From positions 153,946,001 to 154,010,000 of the forward strand of contig NC_043000.1 of the NCBI RefSeq assembly GCF_006345805.1: DNA of 64,000 bases, given 5' to 3'. A program made the position numbers and the translations under genes. Under the pieces are notes generated by a model that did no database searches, had not been told where the DNA came from, and worked only from the letters and a program-made list of their open reading frames with translations. The DNA is from Octopus sinensis. Taxonomy: Eukaryota. This document shows positions 36,022-49,145 of the stretch, one piece after another; the stretch's first letter is position 1; each line of letters opens with the position of its first letter.

Positions 36022-37288
36022 TTTCTTATTTCTTTACTACCCACAAGGGGCTACACACAGAGGGGACAAACAAGGACAGACAAACTGATTAAGTCGATTA
36101 TATCGACCCTAGTGCGTAACTGGTACTTATTAAATCGACCCCGAAAGGATGAAAGGCAAAGTCGACCTCGGCGGAATTTGAACTCAGAAGGTGAGTTTGT
36201 GGTTTCGATTTGCTTTTAAAAGAGTGAACCAATTCCTTAAAATCACCTCATCTTCTTATACGAAACGAAAGGCAGATTGGACAGTAGAGAGTTCGATATA
36301 CAAAAAGATATAATGGTCAAAGATGATACACAGCTTGGTCCCATAAATATGTTTAGTTAATGGTCTGGAGTTAAATACCTATTTCTTTACTACCCACAAG
36401 GGGCTAAAACAGAGGGGACAAACAAGGACAGACAAATGATTAAGTCGATATATCGACCCTAGTGCGAACTGGTACTATTAAATCGACCCCGAAAGGATGA
36501 AAGGCAAAGTCGACCTCGGCGGAATTTGAACTCAGAAGGTGAGTTTGTGGTTTTTCGATTTGCTAAAAGAGTGAACCAAATTCCTTAAAATCACCTCATC
36601 TTCTTATCAAACGAAAGGCAGATTGGACAGTAGAGAGTTCGATATACAAAAAGATATAATGGTCAAAGATGATACAGCTTGGTCCCAAAATATGTTTAGT
36701 TAATGGTCTGGATTAGTTAAATACCTATTCTTTACTACCACAAGGGGCTAAACACAGAGGGGACAAACAAGGACAGACAAACTGATTAAGTCGATTATAT
36801 CGACCCTAGTGCGTAACTGGTACTTATTAAATCGACCCCGAAAGGATGAAAGGCAAAGTCGACCTCGGCGGAATTTGAACTCAGAAGGTGAGTTTGTGGT
36901 TTTTCGATTTGCTAAAAGAGTGAACCAAATTCCTTAAAATCACCTCATCTTCTTATCAAACGAAAGGCAGATTGGACAGTAGAGAGTTCGATATACAAAA
37001 AGATATAATGGTCAAAGATGATACAGCTTGGTCCCATAAATATGTTTAGTTAATGGTCTGGAGTTAAATACCTATTTCTTTACTACCCACAAGGGGCTAA
37101 ACACAGAGGGGACAAACAAGGACAGACAAACTGATTAAGTCGATTATATCGACCCTAGTGCGTAACTGGTACTTATTAAATCGACCCCGAAAGGATGAAA
37201 GGCAAAGTCAACCTCGGCGGAATTTGAACTCAGACTGTGGCGGCAGACGAAATACTGCTAAGTATTTCGCCCGGGGTGCTAACGTTTC
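36022..37288. repeat. Tandem array of SINE B(-)/SINE E(+) fusion unit, ~348-bp period
   Basis: aactcagaaggtgag junction at 36181, 36529 and 36878; four B and three E segments. Confidence 0.92.
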
Positions 37289-37709
37289 TCAGTGTGTGTG
37301 TGTGTATATGCGTGTGTACGCGTGTGAGTGCAGACGTACATAAATACTTGCGCAGACACACACATATGTATATATGTACAGATATATAGACATAATTATA
37401 TACATATGTGTGTATGCACATATATATTACATGTATGTATGCACACATACATACATATATCGAAAATATGGACACATCTATAGCTACACCTGAAATTGCA
37501 AAAGTGTAAGGTACTAATATCCAAGAAGAACCAACGATAAACACTAGTACATATGCGCATGTGGAATTTCCAGGACCGTTAATTGATATAGAGCTTAACC
37601 GGTGTATGCTTGGATAAATGTTCCTAGGAAAGAACACCCTCTTTCAACACCGACTTATGTGTATATGTGTGTGTGTTTGTGTGTGTGTGTGTGTATACAT
37701 ATATATATA

Positions 37710-37754
<45 letters not shown>

Positions 37755-37756
<2 letters not shown>

Positions 37757-37965
37757 AGAGTTTACGAAAAAAGCAAAAAACGATGACAGGTGATATACAA
37801 AACAAACAGATGTATTAGTATAATGCTCAGGAATAGAAAAAGTATTTTACGTTTCGAGCCTACGCTCTTCTACAGAAAGGGACACAGAAAAAACAAGGAG
37901 AGAAAAAGGGAGAGAAAAAATTGGAGAGAAAAAAAGGAGAGAAAAAATGCGTGTAGTGGCTAACG
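37755..37965 (-). mobile_element. Penelope-like terminal repeat (family P2) with hammerhead-like motif
   Basis: TTT-CTGTAGA-A-GAGC GTAG GCTC-GAAAC-GTA-AAA at 37878-37845; left end abuts (TA)n. Confidence 0.6.
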
Positions 37966-37974
37966 ATCTATCAT

Positions 37975-38097
37975 ACGTTAAGGGTGCACATGTCTGTGGA
38001 GTGCTCAGCCACTTACACGTTAATTTCACGAGCAGGCTGTTCCGTTGATTCGGATCAACCGGAACCCTCATCGTCGTAACCGACGGAGTGCTTCCAT
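37975..38097 (+). mobile_element. Isolated SINE tail T1 fragment
   Basis: tacgttaagggtgcac...cgtaaccgacggagtgcttcca matches 52622-52744. Confidence 0.8.
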
Positions 38098-38289
38098 CCA
38101 CATGGAGATGAAGACTTTATCACTAAATTTATACTGTTAGTGTAAGCAAGCCAACAAGGGACTACCTAAGTGGTATCATAGCCTGGTAGAAGTAGTAGTC
38201 AAATTTATCTACGTCTTATAAACGGAAAGCTATATATGACGATGCAATCCTAAATATTCTGTGTCTGTCTGAAATATATTGGGAACGCA

Positions 38290-38447
38290 CTGTGTGGTAA
38301 GTAGCTTGCTAACCAACCACATGGTTCCGGGTTCAGTCCCACTGCGTGGCATCTTGGGCAAGTGTCTTCTGCTATAGCCCCGGGCTGACCAATGCCTTGT
38401 GAGTGGATTTGGTAGACGGAAACTGAAAGAAGCCTGTCGTATATATG

Positions 38448-38482
<35 letters not shown>

Positions 38483-39974
38483 TTGTGTGTCTGTGTTTGT
38501 CCCCCTAGCATTGCTTGACAACCGATGCTGGTGTGTTTACGTCCCCGTCACTTAGCGGTTCGGCAAAAGAGACCGATAGAATAAGTACTGGGCTTACAAA
38601 GAATAAGTCCCGGGGTCGATTTGCTCGACTAAAGGTGGTGCTCCAGCATGGCCACAGTCAAATGACTGAAACAAGTAAAAGAGTAAAAAAGAGTAGAGTA
38701 TGTAATACGTTGGCTCGGTAAAGACTGACCTGGGGCTAAATAGTAATACAACCATACAATATATACTGACCATACAGAATTATCTGCTCAGTATACCAGA
38801 TACTTTTATGTTAACCACGAAGTCCTGGATTCGATCTTATTGCGTGGGATCTTGAGCAAATGTAATTTTCTATAGCCTCGGAGCCACCCATACATTGCAA
38901 GTGAAATTAACAGAATCTCTATAAAAGCTCATCCGTTGAATTGTATATACAATTCAGAGGTACTGCCTTGTCATCCTGATTCTGTTTGGGAATTACGGTA
39001 GGAGTATAGTTTTCTGGAATACTCGTCACTAAGTGTTGATTGAACATCTAAATCATCATCATCATCTAAACTGACTTTAAACCAACAAATCCAAATTAAC
39101 TCTCGCTAAATATAAGTGAAAGTGGAAAATGAGAAAGTAGACATTTTTTCTCGTCGTCTCAAGCTTAATGGTTTTCTGTCAACATTCACCCATCACAAAG
39201 ATAGAAAGCAATGGCAAAGCTCTGCTGTCTTCTTAGTTGTGAATTCTTTAAGAGAAAAATCGAGATGAAAAAGAACCACCAATTACCTCATGCAGACAAT
39301 TTACCCAAAGCCCATGTTCGATAAAGATGGAACAAAAGCAACTGAAATGGGGGCGACAACTTCTCAGTTGTATAAAGCCCTGCTACGAGTTGAGCATTTC
39401 TGATTGAAGCAATAAGCGTGACGTTTCAAGGAAATTCTAACGTTCCAAGCTCCTGCTCTTCAGTAGACAAGAATGGTTATGTGGTTAAGAAATTTGCTTT
39501 GCAAGCACGTAGTCTTTGAAATCCCTTGAAAATTGTTTGTTTCGGGTTCAGTTCTTCTATGCAGCACAACTTGAGCTAATATATTCTTCTATAGCTTCAG
39601 GTTAATCAATGCTTAAGAGAGTGAAAATCTTGGTCTGAAAGGGTAAGCGGAGAAATAGATAGGTGATAGAGAGAGAACGAGGAAAATAAAAAGTGAGGAA
39701 GCAGGAAGAGAGAGAGGGGGAGAGGGAGAGAGAGATATGAATATAAAGTGATTGAGGAGAGAGGAGAAACTTGGAAGCGAAAGAGAAGAATTGGAAGAGA
39801 GAATTAGAAAGGGATGGTTGTGTGGTAATTAGCTTGCTTACGAACCACATGGTTCCGGGTTCAGTCCCACTGCGTGGCATCTTGGGCAGTGTCTTCTGCT
39901 ATAGCCCCGGGCTGACCAATGCCTTGTGAGTGGATTTGGTAGACGGAAACTGAAAGAAGCCTGTCGTATATATG

Positions 39975-40009
<35 letters not shown>

Positions 40010-41380
40010 TTGTGTGTCGTGTTTGTCCCCCTAGCATTGCTTGACAACCGATGCTGGTTTTTTACGTCCCCGTCACTTAGCGGTTCGGCAAAAGAGACCG
40101 ATAGAATAAGTACTCTGGGCTTACAAAGAATAAGTCCCGGGGTCGATTTGCTCGACTAAAGTGGTGCTCCAGCATGGCCACAGTCAATGACTGAAACAAG
40201 TAAAAGAGTAAAAAAGAGTAGAGTATGTTATACTTGGCTCGGTAAAGACTGACCTGGGGCTAAAGAGTAATACAACCATACAATATATACTGACCATACA
40301 GAATTATCTGCTCAGTATACCAGATACTTTTATGTTAACCACGAAGTCCTGGATTCGATCTTATTGCGTGGGATCTTGAGCAAATGTAATTTTCTATAGC
40401 CTCGGAGCCACCCATACATTGCAAGTGAAATTAACAGAATCTCTATAAAAGCTCATCCGTTGAATTGTATATACAATTCAGAGGTACTGCCTTGTCATCC
40501 TGATTCTGTTTGGGAATTACGGTAGGAGTATATGTTTCTGGAATACTCAGTCACTAAGTGTTGATTGAACATCTAAATCATCATCATCATCTAAACTGAC
40601 TTTAAACCAACAAATCCAAATTAACTCGGCTAAATATAAGTGAAAGTGGAAAGATGAGAGTAGACATTTTTTCTCGTCTCAAGCTTAATGGTTTTCTGTC
40701 AAACATTCACCCACATCACAAAGAATAGAAAGCAATGGAAAGCTCTGCTGTCTTCTTAGTTGTGAATTCTTTAAGAGAAAAATCAGATGAAAAAGAACCA
40801 CCAATTACCTCATGCAGACAATTTTACCCAAAAGCCCATGTTCGATAAAGATGGAACAAAAGCAACTGAAATGGGGGCGACAACTTCTCAGTTGTATAAA
40901 GCCCTGCTACGAGTTGAGCATTTCTGATTGAAGCAATAAGCGTGACGTTTCAAGGAAATTCTAACGTTCCAAGCTCCTGCTCTTCAGTAGACAAGAATGG
41001 TTATGTGGTTAAGAAATTTGCTTTGCAAGCACGTAGTCTTTGAAATCCCTTCGAAAATTGTTTGGTTTCGGGTTCAGTTCTTCTATGCAGCACCTTGAGC
41101 TAATATATTCTTCTATAGCTTCAGGTTAATCAATGCTTAGAGAGTGAAAACTGGTCTGAGTAAGGGTAAGCGGAGAAATAGGTGATAGAGAGAGAACGAG
41201 GAAAATAAAAAGTGAGGAAGCAGGAAGAGAGAGAGGGGGAGAGGGAGAGAGAGATATGAATATAAAGTGATTGAGGAGAGAGGAGAAACTTGGAAGCGAA
41301 AGAGAAGAATTGGAAGAGAGAATTAGAAAGGGATGGTGTGGTAAGTAGCTTGCTTACGAACCACATGGTTCCGGGTTCAT
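38290..41380 (+). repeat. ~1525-bp tandem duplication bounded by SINE A copies (38290-38697, 39815-40220)
   Basis: 38700-39810 is nearly identical to 40222-41335; differences are mostly small indels. Confidence 0.92.
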
Positions 41381-41491
41381 TCCCACTGCGTGGCATCTTA
41401 GGAAAGTGTCTTCTACTATAGCCTCGGGCCAACCAATGCTTTGTGAGTGGATTTGGTGGACGGAAACTGAAAGAAGCCCGTCATATATATG

Positions 41492-41524
<33 letters not shown>

Positions 41525-41738
41525 TTGTGTGTCTGTATTTGTCCCACCCCAACATCGCTTGACAATCGATGCTGGTGCGTTTACGCCCCCGTAACTTAGC
41601 GGTTCGGCAAAAGAGACCGATAGAATAAGTACTAGGCTTACAAAGAATAAGTCCTGGGGTCGATTTGCTCGACTAAAGGCGGTGCTCCAGCATGGCCACA
41701 GTCACATGACTGAAACAAGTAAAAGAGTAAAAAAGTAA
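41335..41738 (+). mobile_element. SINE family A (variant copy)
   Basis: Consensus match with diagnostic variants. Confidence 0.9.
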
Positions 41739-41899
41739 AGCGAGTATTATATTTCAATGTTTCTATATCTGCCTGCGCCACATGAAGCGAACAGTCATGC
41801 CTATGTGTCAGTATGTATGTGAATGTATAGATGCATGGAATAGTGTATGGACATAGTACTCCACACTTATACACTATAAGTAGAGTTGAAGAGTGGAGC

Positions 41900-42920
41900 G
41901 CTATGGCAAGACGAATGCAAGAGTTTGGAATGTGGTGAAGTTGGAGACAGTTATATATACTGAAGGGGTTGAGCAGCCGAGGCAAAAGATGAGGAGCTGT
42001 TCTTTTTGATAGCGAGAAACAGAACTTTGGTGTGAAATAATATATAGACTGAGGGGTGAGATATAGTGAGTGCGGGTATATTTAAGTGGTACCTAGCAGG
42101 TGATATGGTATTGTTTAAGGCGGACCTTACATAAATTTTCCCTGTCACAATCCGCTTACCGACGGCTGGTTCATAATATATAAGAGGCCACAGAACTGAT
42201 ATTTAAGGCAGAAAATAACGTTTGTAGTGGTGTAGATGAAATGGTCGGTGATAAGGAAGCGACGTTGGTTGCATCCAAGAAACATATTGACGTTTTGAAT
42301 CCAAGGGTATGTGTTGCACTGGACTCAAGATCAAAAGAATGTTGCAGGTTGATTGTAAGGAGGATTAGAAGAGCTGCGGTCTAAAAGGTCAAATAAGTTA
42401 GGGAGCCGTTCGAAGCAGTAGAAGGTTCGTTCAAAATGATGAGAAAGGTAGCGCAGTTGCGAAAGGTACACGGGATGGATCGTTGAAGAGACAGAGTATT
42501 AGGAGAGAGAGATGAGGGGTTGGGAAATGGTTAAGGGTATGGCGCATGCGGACTACGGAAAATGTTACTGGCGCGAACACCGGTATTACCAACAATATTT
42601 TGGTGTAATTCACAACGCAAGAACTGGAGAATTATCAAGTGTAACTTGGTCTCAGAATCCCGAGTGTTGGCGAAGACGTTTTATTTTATGAGTAAGGTAT
42701 GGAAGGTTTGGATTCGTTGGTGTTGGAAAAGGGGAAGTTGAGGTAAATTGGTAGTCGGTCGATTTATATAAAAGGCTGTAAAGAAGGAGCTGTTTGAGTC
42801 GTCAATGGTGACAGAAATGTTAAGAAAATTGACGAAGATAATGGTGGAAGCAATCGACGAAGTTGATGAAGGTGATGGAATTGAAACAGACATTGATGGA
42901 CTTGGAAGAACTTATATCTG
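41900..42920 (-). mobile_element. Decayed Penelope-like element ORF (RT C-terminus plus GIY-YIG endonuclease)
   Basis: VNFLNISVTID...KPTD..YLNF (RT C-terminus/thumb); CGLLYI(G)E(T)SRR*AD..RENL....EQLLIFCLGCSTPS (GIY-YIG C-terminus); frameshifted. Confidence 0.7.
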
Positions 42921-42964
42921 CAACACACACACACACACACACACATACAGTATTATTATGAATT

Positions 42965-43195
42965 AAAGGCAGCAAACCCACATAATGTTTAGCACGCCGG
43001 AAAAAATGCTTAGCTGTATTTCTGGTTTTACGTTCTGAGTTCAAAAGCTGCCGAGGTACTACACTTTTTTTTTTTACATCATTTCGGAGTCGATATAAAA
43101 ATTAAAAAAAAGCAATTGAAAACTAGGGTCGATGTAATCGACTTACCCTACCCTAAAGTTGCTAGCCTTGTGTCGAAATTTGAAAGTAACCAATT
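42965..43195 (+). mobile_element. SINE family B, diverged
   Basis: gtttagcacgccgg..aaatgcttagc..ttacgttctgagttcaaa..gtcgatgtaatcgactt. Confidence 0.7.
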
Positions 43196-43451
43196 TTATA
43201 AATTAGTAATTAATTGGTTTTACAAAGTCATTCATATCGCAACTGTGTTGTTTTTAATGATTTCTCCGCAACTGTGAGTTGTTCCCTTCCTGCGTCTAGT
43301 ATTTCTAAGCATTTAAGTATCACATTACACTATGTTGCGTGTGTGTAGTTATAATTAGAGTGTATGTTTACGGAATGTTTACATGTGTGAGTGTATGCAA
43401 GGGTGTTTTGATTTTGTTTTCGTTATACAAACATAAATGCGTGTGCATATA

Positions 43452-43453
43452 AA

Positions 43454-43494
<41 letters not shown>

Positions 43495-43550
43495 TGATGA
43501 TGATGATAATAATAATAATAATAATAATAATGATGATGATGATGATGTTG

Positions 43551-43593
<43 letters not shown>

Positions 43594-43649
43594 TGATGAT
43601 GATGATAATAATAATAATAATAATAATAATGATGATGATGATGATGATG

Positions 43650-43691
<42 letters not shown>

Positions 43692-43821
43692 GTAATAATA
43701 ATAATAGTAATAGTAATAATAATAATATAATAAAATAATAATAATAATAATAATGATGATGATTGATGATGATGATGATGATGGTGATGTGATGATAATA
43801 TAATAATAATAAATAATAATA

Positions 43822-43853
<32 letters not shown>

Positions 43854-43864
43854 TGATGATGATG

Positions 43865-43897
<33 letters not shown>

Positions 43898-43909
43898 GTA
43901 ATAATAATA

Positions 43910-43940
<31 letters not shown>

Positions 43941-44089
43941 TGATGATGATGATGATGATGATGATAATATAATAATAATAATAATAATAACAATAATAGT
44001 AATAATAATAGTAGTAAATGATAATAATAATAATAATAATAATAATAAGAATATAATAATAATAATAATAAAATAATGATGATGATGAT

Positions 44090-44122
<33 letters not shown>

Positions 44123-44253
44123 GTAATAATAATAATAATAGTAATAATAATATAATAATAAAATTATAAAAAAATAATAATAAAATAATAGTAATAATGA
44201 TAATAATAATGATAATAATAATAATAATAATGATAATAATAATAATAATAATA

Positions 44254-44289
<36 letters not shown>

Positions 44290-44340
44290 TAATAACAACA
44301 ACATCAACATCATCATCATCGTGGTCGTCATTGCCGTCAT
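43452..44340. repeat. ~890-bp (TAA)n/(TGA)n/(TAG)n compound microsatellite
   Basis: Direct reading. Confidence 0.97.
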
Positions 44341-44659
44341 CATCATTATCGTCAGCATCCTCATCATCATCATCATCATCATTATCACTTCAATTGGCTG
44401 GATAAATGTTTGGGCTGTTCCCGATTTTATTACCATCTGTTTTTTTTTTTTTTGGTATTTTTATGGTCAGTTATTGTCTATCTGGCTATTATGAGCTTTT
44501 TGTGCTCGCACCCCAGTCCATTTATCCATGTATACGCCTACCCGTAAATTCTTCAATTTGTTCATACATACCATTCTGTATACACATTCAAACACATGCA
44601 TATTCAAACATCTACACCTAGATGTCTAAATGTGCGTAAGCAAAGACACCTGTGCATGT

Positions 44660-44948
44660 GTATGTATATGTATATATATATATATATATATGTATGTAGA
44701 TATATATGTGTATATATACATATATATATGTGTATGTATATATGTACGTATATGTATATATATGTATGTATGTATATATATATGTATGTATGTATAATAT
44801 ATTATATATATATAATCTATATATATATGTAGAATATATATGTATTGTATTATATATGTATAATATATGTATATATATATATATGTATATATATGTATAT
44901 ATAACTATATATAATATTATATTATATATATATATGTATATATATTTG

Positions 44949-44979
<31 letters not shown>

Positions 44980-45060
44980 TATAATATATATATATATTAT
45001 ATATATAATATATCTATATATATATATAATATATATATTATATATATATACATATTATAT
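44660..45060. repeat. Degenerate (TA)n/(TATG)n tract
   Basis: Direct reading. Confidence 0.95.
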
Positions 45061-45224
45061 ATTCGTGACCATGCATTCACATAGACACACCCATATGTAT
45101 CGTGTATGTGTGCGTTCATTATACACACACACACACATATATACACACATAAATACACATACATATCATTTAACTTTTACCTTTTACTTGTTTCAGGCTA
45201 TAATTTCTGGCCATGCTGGGGCTA

Positions 45225-46560
45225 CAATTTACTGGTAAGTGAGTGAGTTCGAAGTTGTTGCCGTCACTTGTGCTTCTTGGTGCGAAGACGGTTCATCTGA
45301 ATATCTACGCAGTAAAAGGTCCAGTTGCCCTTAATGAAATCGTTTATGTCTTTACCGTGTCTTAAGTGTTTCTGTACAATATTGAAAGTATGTAGGCGTT
45401 TGAACCCTAACTAGGGCAATATCTGGCCTTAAATCTGGATGGCAAGACTCGGGTTTTTGGCACTGTACAGGGATTACTCTCTTTACTCTTTTACTCTTTT
45501 ACTTGTTTCAGTCATTTGACTGCGGCCATGCTGGAGCACCGCCTTTAATCGAGCAAGTCGACCCCGGGACTTATTATTTTGTAAGCCCAGTACTTATTCT
45601 ATCGGTCTCTTTTGCCAAACCGCTAAGTAACGGGGACGTAAACACACCAGCTTCGGTTGTCAAGCAATGCTAGGGAGACAAACACACTCACACAAACACA
45701 CACACGCATATATATATACATATATACGACGGGCTTCTTTCAGTTTCCGTCTACCAAATCCACTCACAAGGCCTTGGTCGGCCCGAGGCTATAGTAGAAG
45801 ACATCTGCCCAAGGTGCCACGCAGTGGGACTGAACCCGGAACCATATGGTTGGTAAACAAGCTACTTACCACACAGCCACTCCTGCGCCTATATTAGTAT
45901 AGCTTTCAATGCTAAAGTTTAGTGCAAGTCCTTCCAAGGTGTTCCAGGCATGTATGATATTATAGCATATCTTTCCTGTTCTCATTGTAGGAAAAAGAGT
46001 GTTAACTTTTTCAACTTTTCCCAGTATCTGATCTGTTGTATTAAGACAATCTCCTTGTAACAGCGTTTGATTACTTCGAGTTCTGCAATCAAATTTGCAG
46101 TTATCGTGACCTCAATTAGGGTTAAAAATCTAGATGGCTAAAAGCAAATGTTCTCCCCATGACCATTATGGGTTACTTTCCTCTTTTCAAAGTTCTTTGA
46201 AGCCATCCGGCTAGCCCTCTACATTTCATTGCTATCTTAGTAAAACGCACATGAAAAGAAAGTTGGGCCATTACTTACATTAATGTATAGATCACGTACT
46301 GATTATGTCTCTGGAACTATAATCTCTCCTGGTCCAATATCTTTTGTGTGCATTGCATTTAACTTTGTGTGGTGATAGTGCAGGCCCTTGAAATATTTCA
46401 GTATTAAATTACTTATTTTCTTCAGTGCACTTATACCCATTTCAGTCATGTAGCAGAAGTTTACCAACTCCAGAATTCTTTAATACCTATGGGTTGATAC
46501 TTTTATACCGTCTGCATAGCAAGTGAGGGTGGATTTCTGTATAACTGAGAACGCTAAAGT
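45225..46560 (-). mobile_element. CR1/L2-group LINE RT and C-terminal fragment, interrupted by SINE A
   Basis: STLTCYAD..SVRDL..AGWLQRT..YWE.LKKL.LFS, resuming after the SINE with TFNIVQKHLRH..QLDLLLRRYSDEP..TSNSL; same type as 7950-8370. Confidence 0.7.
45478..45890 (-). mobile_element. SINE family A
   Basis: Consensus match. Confidence 0.92.
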
Positions 46561-46811
46561 CTGTAACGTTTACAGTAAAAACCATGCGTGACAGTAGAGA
46601 GAAAATTAAGTCTGGTGCTGAAGAAACTGCACCATTGAACTTTATTTTTTCATTGATGTAATGTGGTGTTAAAATAGAACGGTGAATGGATCAAGAATTA
46701 GATTCGACACAATGTGCTGATAAGCACGATGGTAATTTTTAAAAAAGTAAAAGTTTGTATGGCAATTTGCAGAAGAATGAAAGTAAACTTTTAATGGAAA
46801 ACCTTTACTCG

Positions 46812-47103
46812 GTTTGTTTGTTCCATCTCGAGCCACGCCTGGCTCATAAGGGCCGGTTTCCCGGTTTCCTTAGAGTATAGGTTCCCCACCTGGACGGGAC
46901 GCCGGTCTGTCGCAGGTGAGCTGCTAGATGCAGGAGGAAAGAGTGAGAGAAAGTTCTGGTGAAAGAATCAGCAAAAGTTCGCCATAACCTTCTGCCGGAG
47001 CCGCGTGGAGCTTAGGTGTTTCACTCATAAACACACACATTGCCTAATCCGAGATTCGAACACGCGATCCCTTGACCGCAAGTCCGCTGCTCTAACCACT
47101 AGT
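46812..47103 (-). mobile_element. SINE family D body with tail T2
   Basis: Reverse complement homologous to 3425-3660. Confidence 0.85.
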
Positions 47104-47487
47104 AAACAACCACTAACATAACAGACATGGTTGACAAGTTTCATTTCTTATATTAGGGATTTCTCATATTTTCTTGTTGGTCATTTATGTTTGATTTGAA
47201 ACAAACATGTTCCTAATACGGAAATTTCAAATAAACTTTAAGATACATCAAACTTAAGCGTAGTCATATTTTAAGTATGACAGTGGTTACTGGCGTATTT
47301 ATTCTTAATATATCTAGACAGGTTCAGATACAAAATATGCTGGTCACTATAATGTAATTTGAACTATATCATTATAATTTCATCAGCTTGTATCAGTTCC
47401 ATTCTGGGTAGTATCCAATCTACTAATCATTCAATCAATCAATCTAGTCTACAATTAATTATAGTTTATTTATCTATTTCCCACCTA

Positions 47488-47717
47488 TTTCTGTATTGCC
47501 CACAAGGGGCTACTCACAGAGGGAACAAACATTGACAGACAAACAGATTAAATCGATTATATCGACCCAAGTGCATAACTGGTACTTATTTAATCGACTC
47601 CGAAAGGATGAAAGGCAAAGTCGACTTCGGCAGAATTTGAACTCAGAACATAAAGACAGAGGAAATACCGCTAAGCATTTCTCCCGGCATGCTAACGTTT
47701 CTGCCAGCTCGCCGCCT
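47488..47717 (-). mobile_element. SINE family B monomer with 17-bp TSD
   Basis: TSD tatctatttcccaccta at 47471-47487 and 47718-47734. Confidence 0.9.
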
Positions 47718-47989
47718 TATCTATTTCCCACCTAGGGTGAATATTACCAATCTGTTCTATTAACAACTCCTTTATACTAATCTATTCACTAAGTTCTCTC
47801 TTTTACGACGAGAGTATATTCAACACACTCAGTTCATTGGTGCTGAAGATTCTGGAACGCCTCTATTTATTGTTGTTGTCCCCTATTTATTGCTGTTGTC
47901 CCCTATTTATACATATTTATGCACACATACGCACACACATACACAAACATACACACATACGCAATAATCCCATATACAGATGTGTGTGT

Positions 47990-48180
47990 TTGTGAAGGCG
48001 CATGGTATGGTAGCTAGGGTATTGCACATAAGATCATGGTTTTGATTAACAGACCAGCTTTGCTCAAAAGTTGCGCTTTTGAACAAAGTACTTCATTTCA
48101 CATTGCTCCAGTCTGCCCAGCTGTAAATGGGTAACCCTGCGAAGGCTGGCCTTCCGTTTAGGAGGAATGGTGGCCAGCCC
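47990..48180 (+). mobile_element. Degenerate SINE family C
   Basis: gaaggcgcatgg head; ttgaacaaagtacttcatttcacattgctccagt CORE-like block. Confidence 0.6.
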
Positions 48181-48744
48181 GCCATGTATGTATGTATATA
48201 TGTATGTATGTAAGTATGTATGTATGTATTTATGTATGTATGTATGTACGTGCGTAGTATGTATGCATGTATGTATGTGTGTATGAATGTATGTACGCAT
48301 GCATGCATGTATATATTATGTGTGTATGAATGTATGTATTTATGCATACATATATGCATGCATGTATGTACGTAAGTATCTATGCACACATACATTTACG
48401 TATGTATGTATGTATGTATGTATGTGTGCCTGTATGTATAACCAGATATTGATCAGAAACGATCCGGCCCTTGCTTGGATAAGGGTAAGTCTGCATATGT
48501 TGTTATTGTTATTGTTGTTGCTGTCGCTGTAGTTCTTCTTGTTTTGTCATCAATAATCGATACGAATTTGATCAAACACATTCAACACAACACCTATATC
48601 CACATTTTTGTTTCTTTCTTATTTATTTATTTATTCATTTACTTTTTTATTCTGACATTGATGTCCTAGGAGCACATCATTCCATACATCCTTTAAAATT
48701 TAAGATGGTACACTGTGTTTTGAGGAAGATTTTCATGCTGTATA

Positions 48745-49145
48745 TTTACCTTTATTCTCTAGAAAAACGACGACGCCGTGGTGATCTCATTCTTGCTCAC
48801 AACATCATAAGCAGAAAGTGTAACCTCTCGAAAGAGCTGTTCTTCACTCCTGCTCCAGAGCGTCGGTTGCGGGGTCACTCCGAAAAGCTCTATCTGCGAC
48901 GATTTCATCTCAATCGAAGGAGAGGAGCTTTCTCCGTCCGGGTTGCGGATCCGTGGAACAAGCTGCTGGACGAGATGGTGAAGATGCCGACGACCGCTTT
49001 GTTCAAAGTCTCCCTTGACCGCAAGTGGCCTGAACTCTTTACATGAACACCACCCTGTACATAACTCCATGTCCCCCTACATGGCCTTGCTTTTTGCTGT
49101 TTGAGCCAAAAAATTAACTAACTAACTAACTTAACTAACTATTTA
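48745..49145 (+). mobile_element. CR1-clade LINE 3' end, little decayed
   Basis: LYSLEKRRRRGDLI...RLRGHSEKL...RRGAFSVRVADPWNKL...FKVSLDRKW*; (TAAC)n tail. Confidence 0.85.

Noticed and set aside
39420-39465. Degenerate P2-like motif (CTACTGA-A-GAGC AGGA GCTT-GGAAC-GTT), duplicated near 40955-40990
   Set aside because: Several core mismatches and poor stem I; it may be a fossil but cannot be supported
43379-43993. Poly-Ile/Tyr/His ORFs (also 56894-57398, 33982-34405, 50895-51248)
   Set aside because: Trinucleotide microsatellites read in stop-free frames
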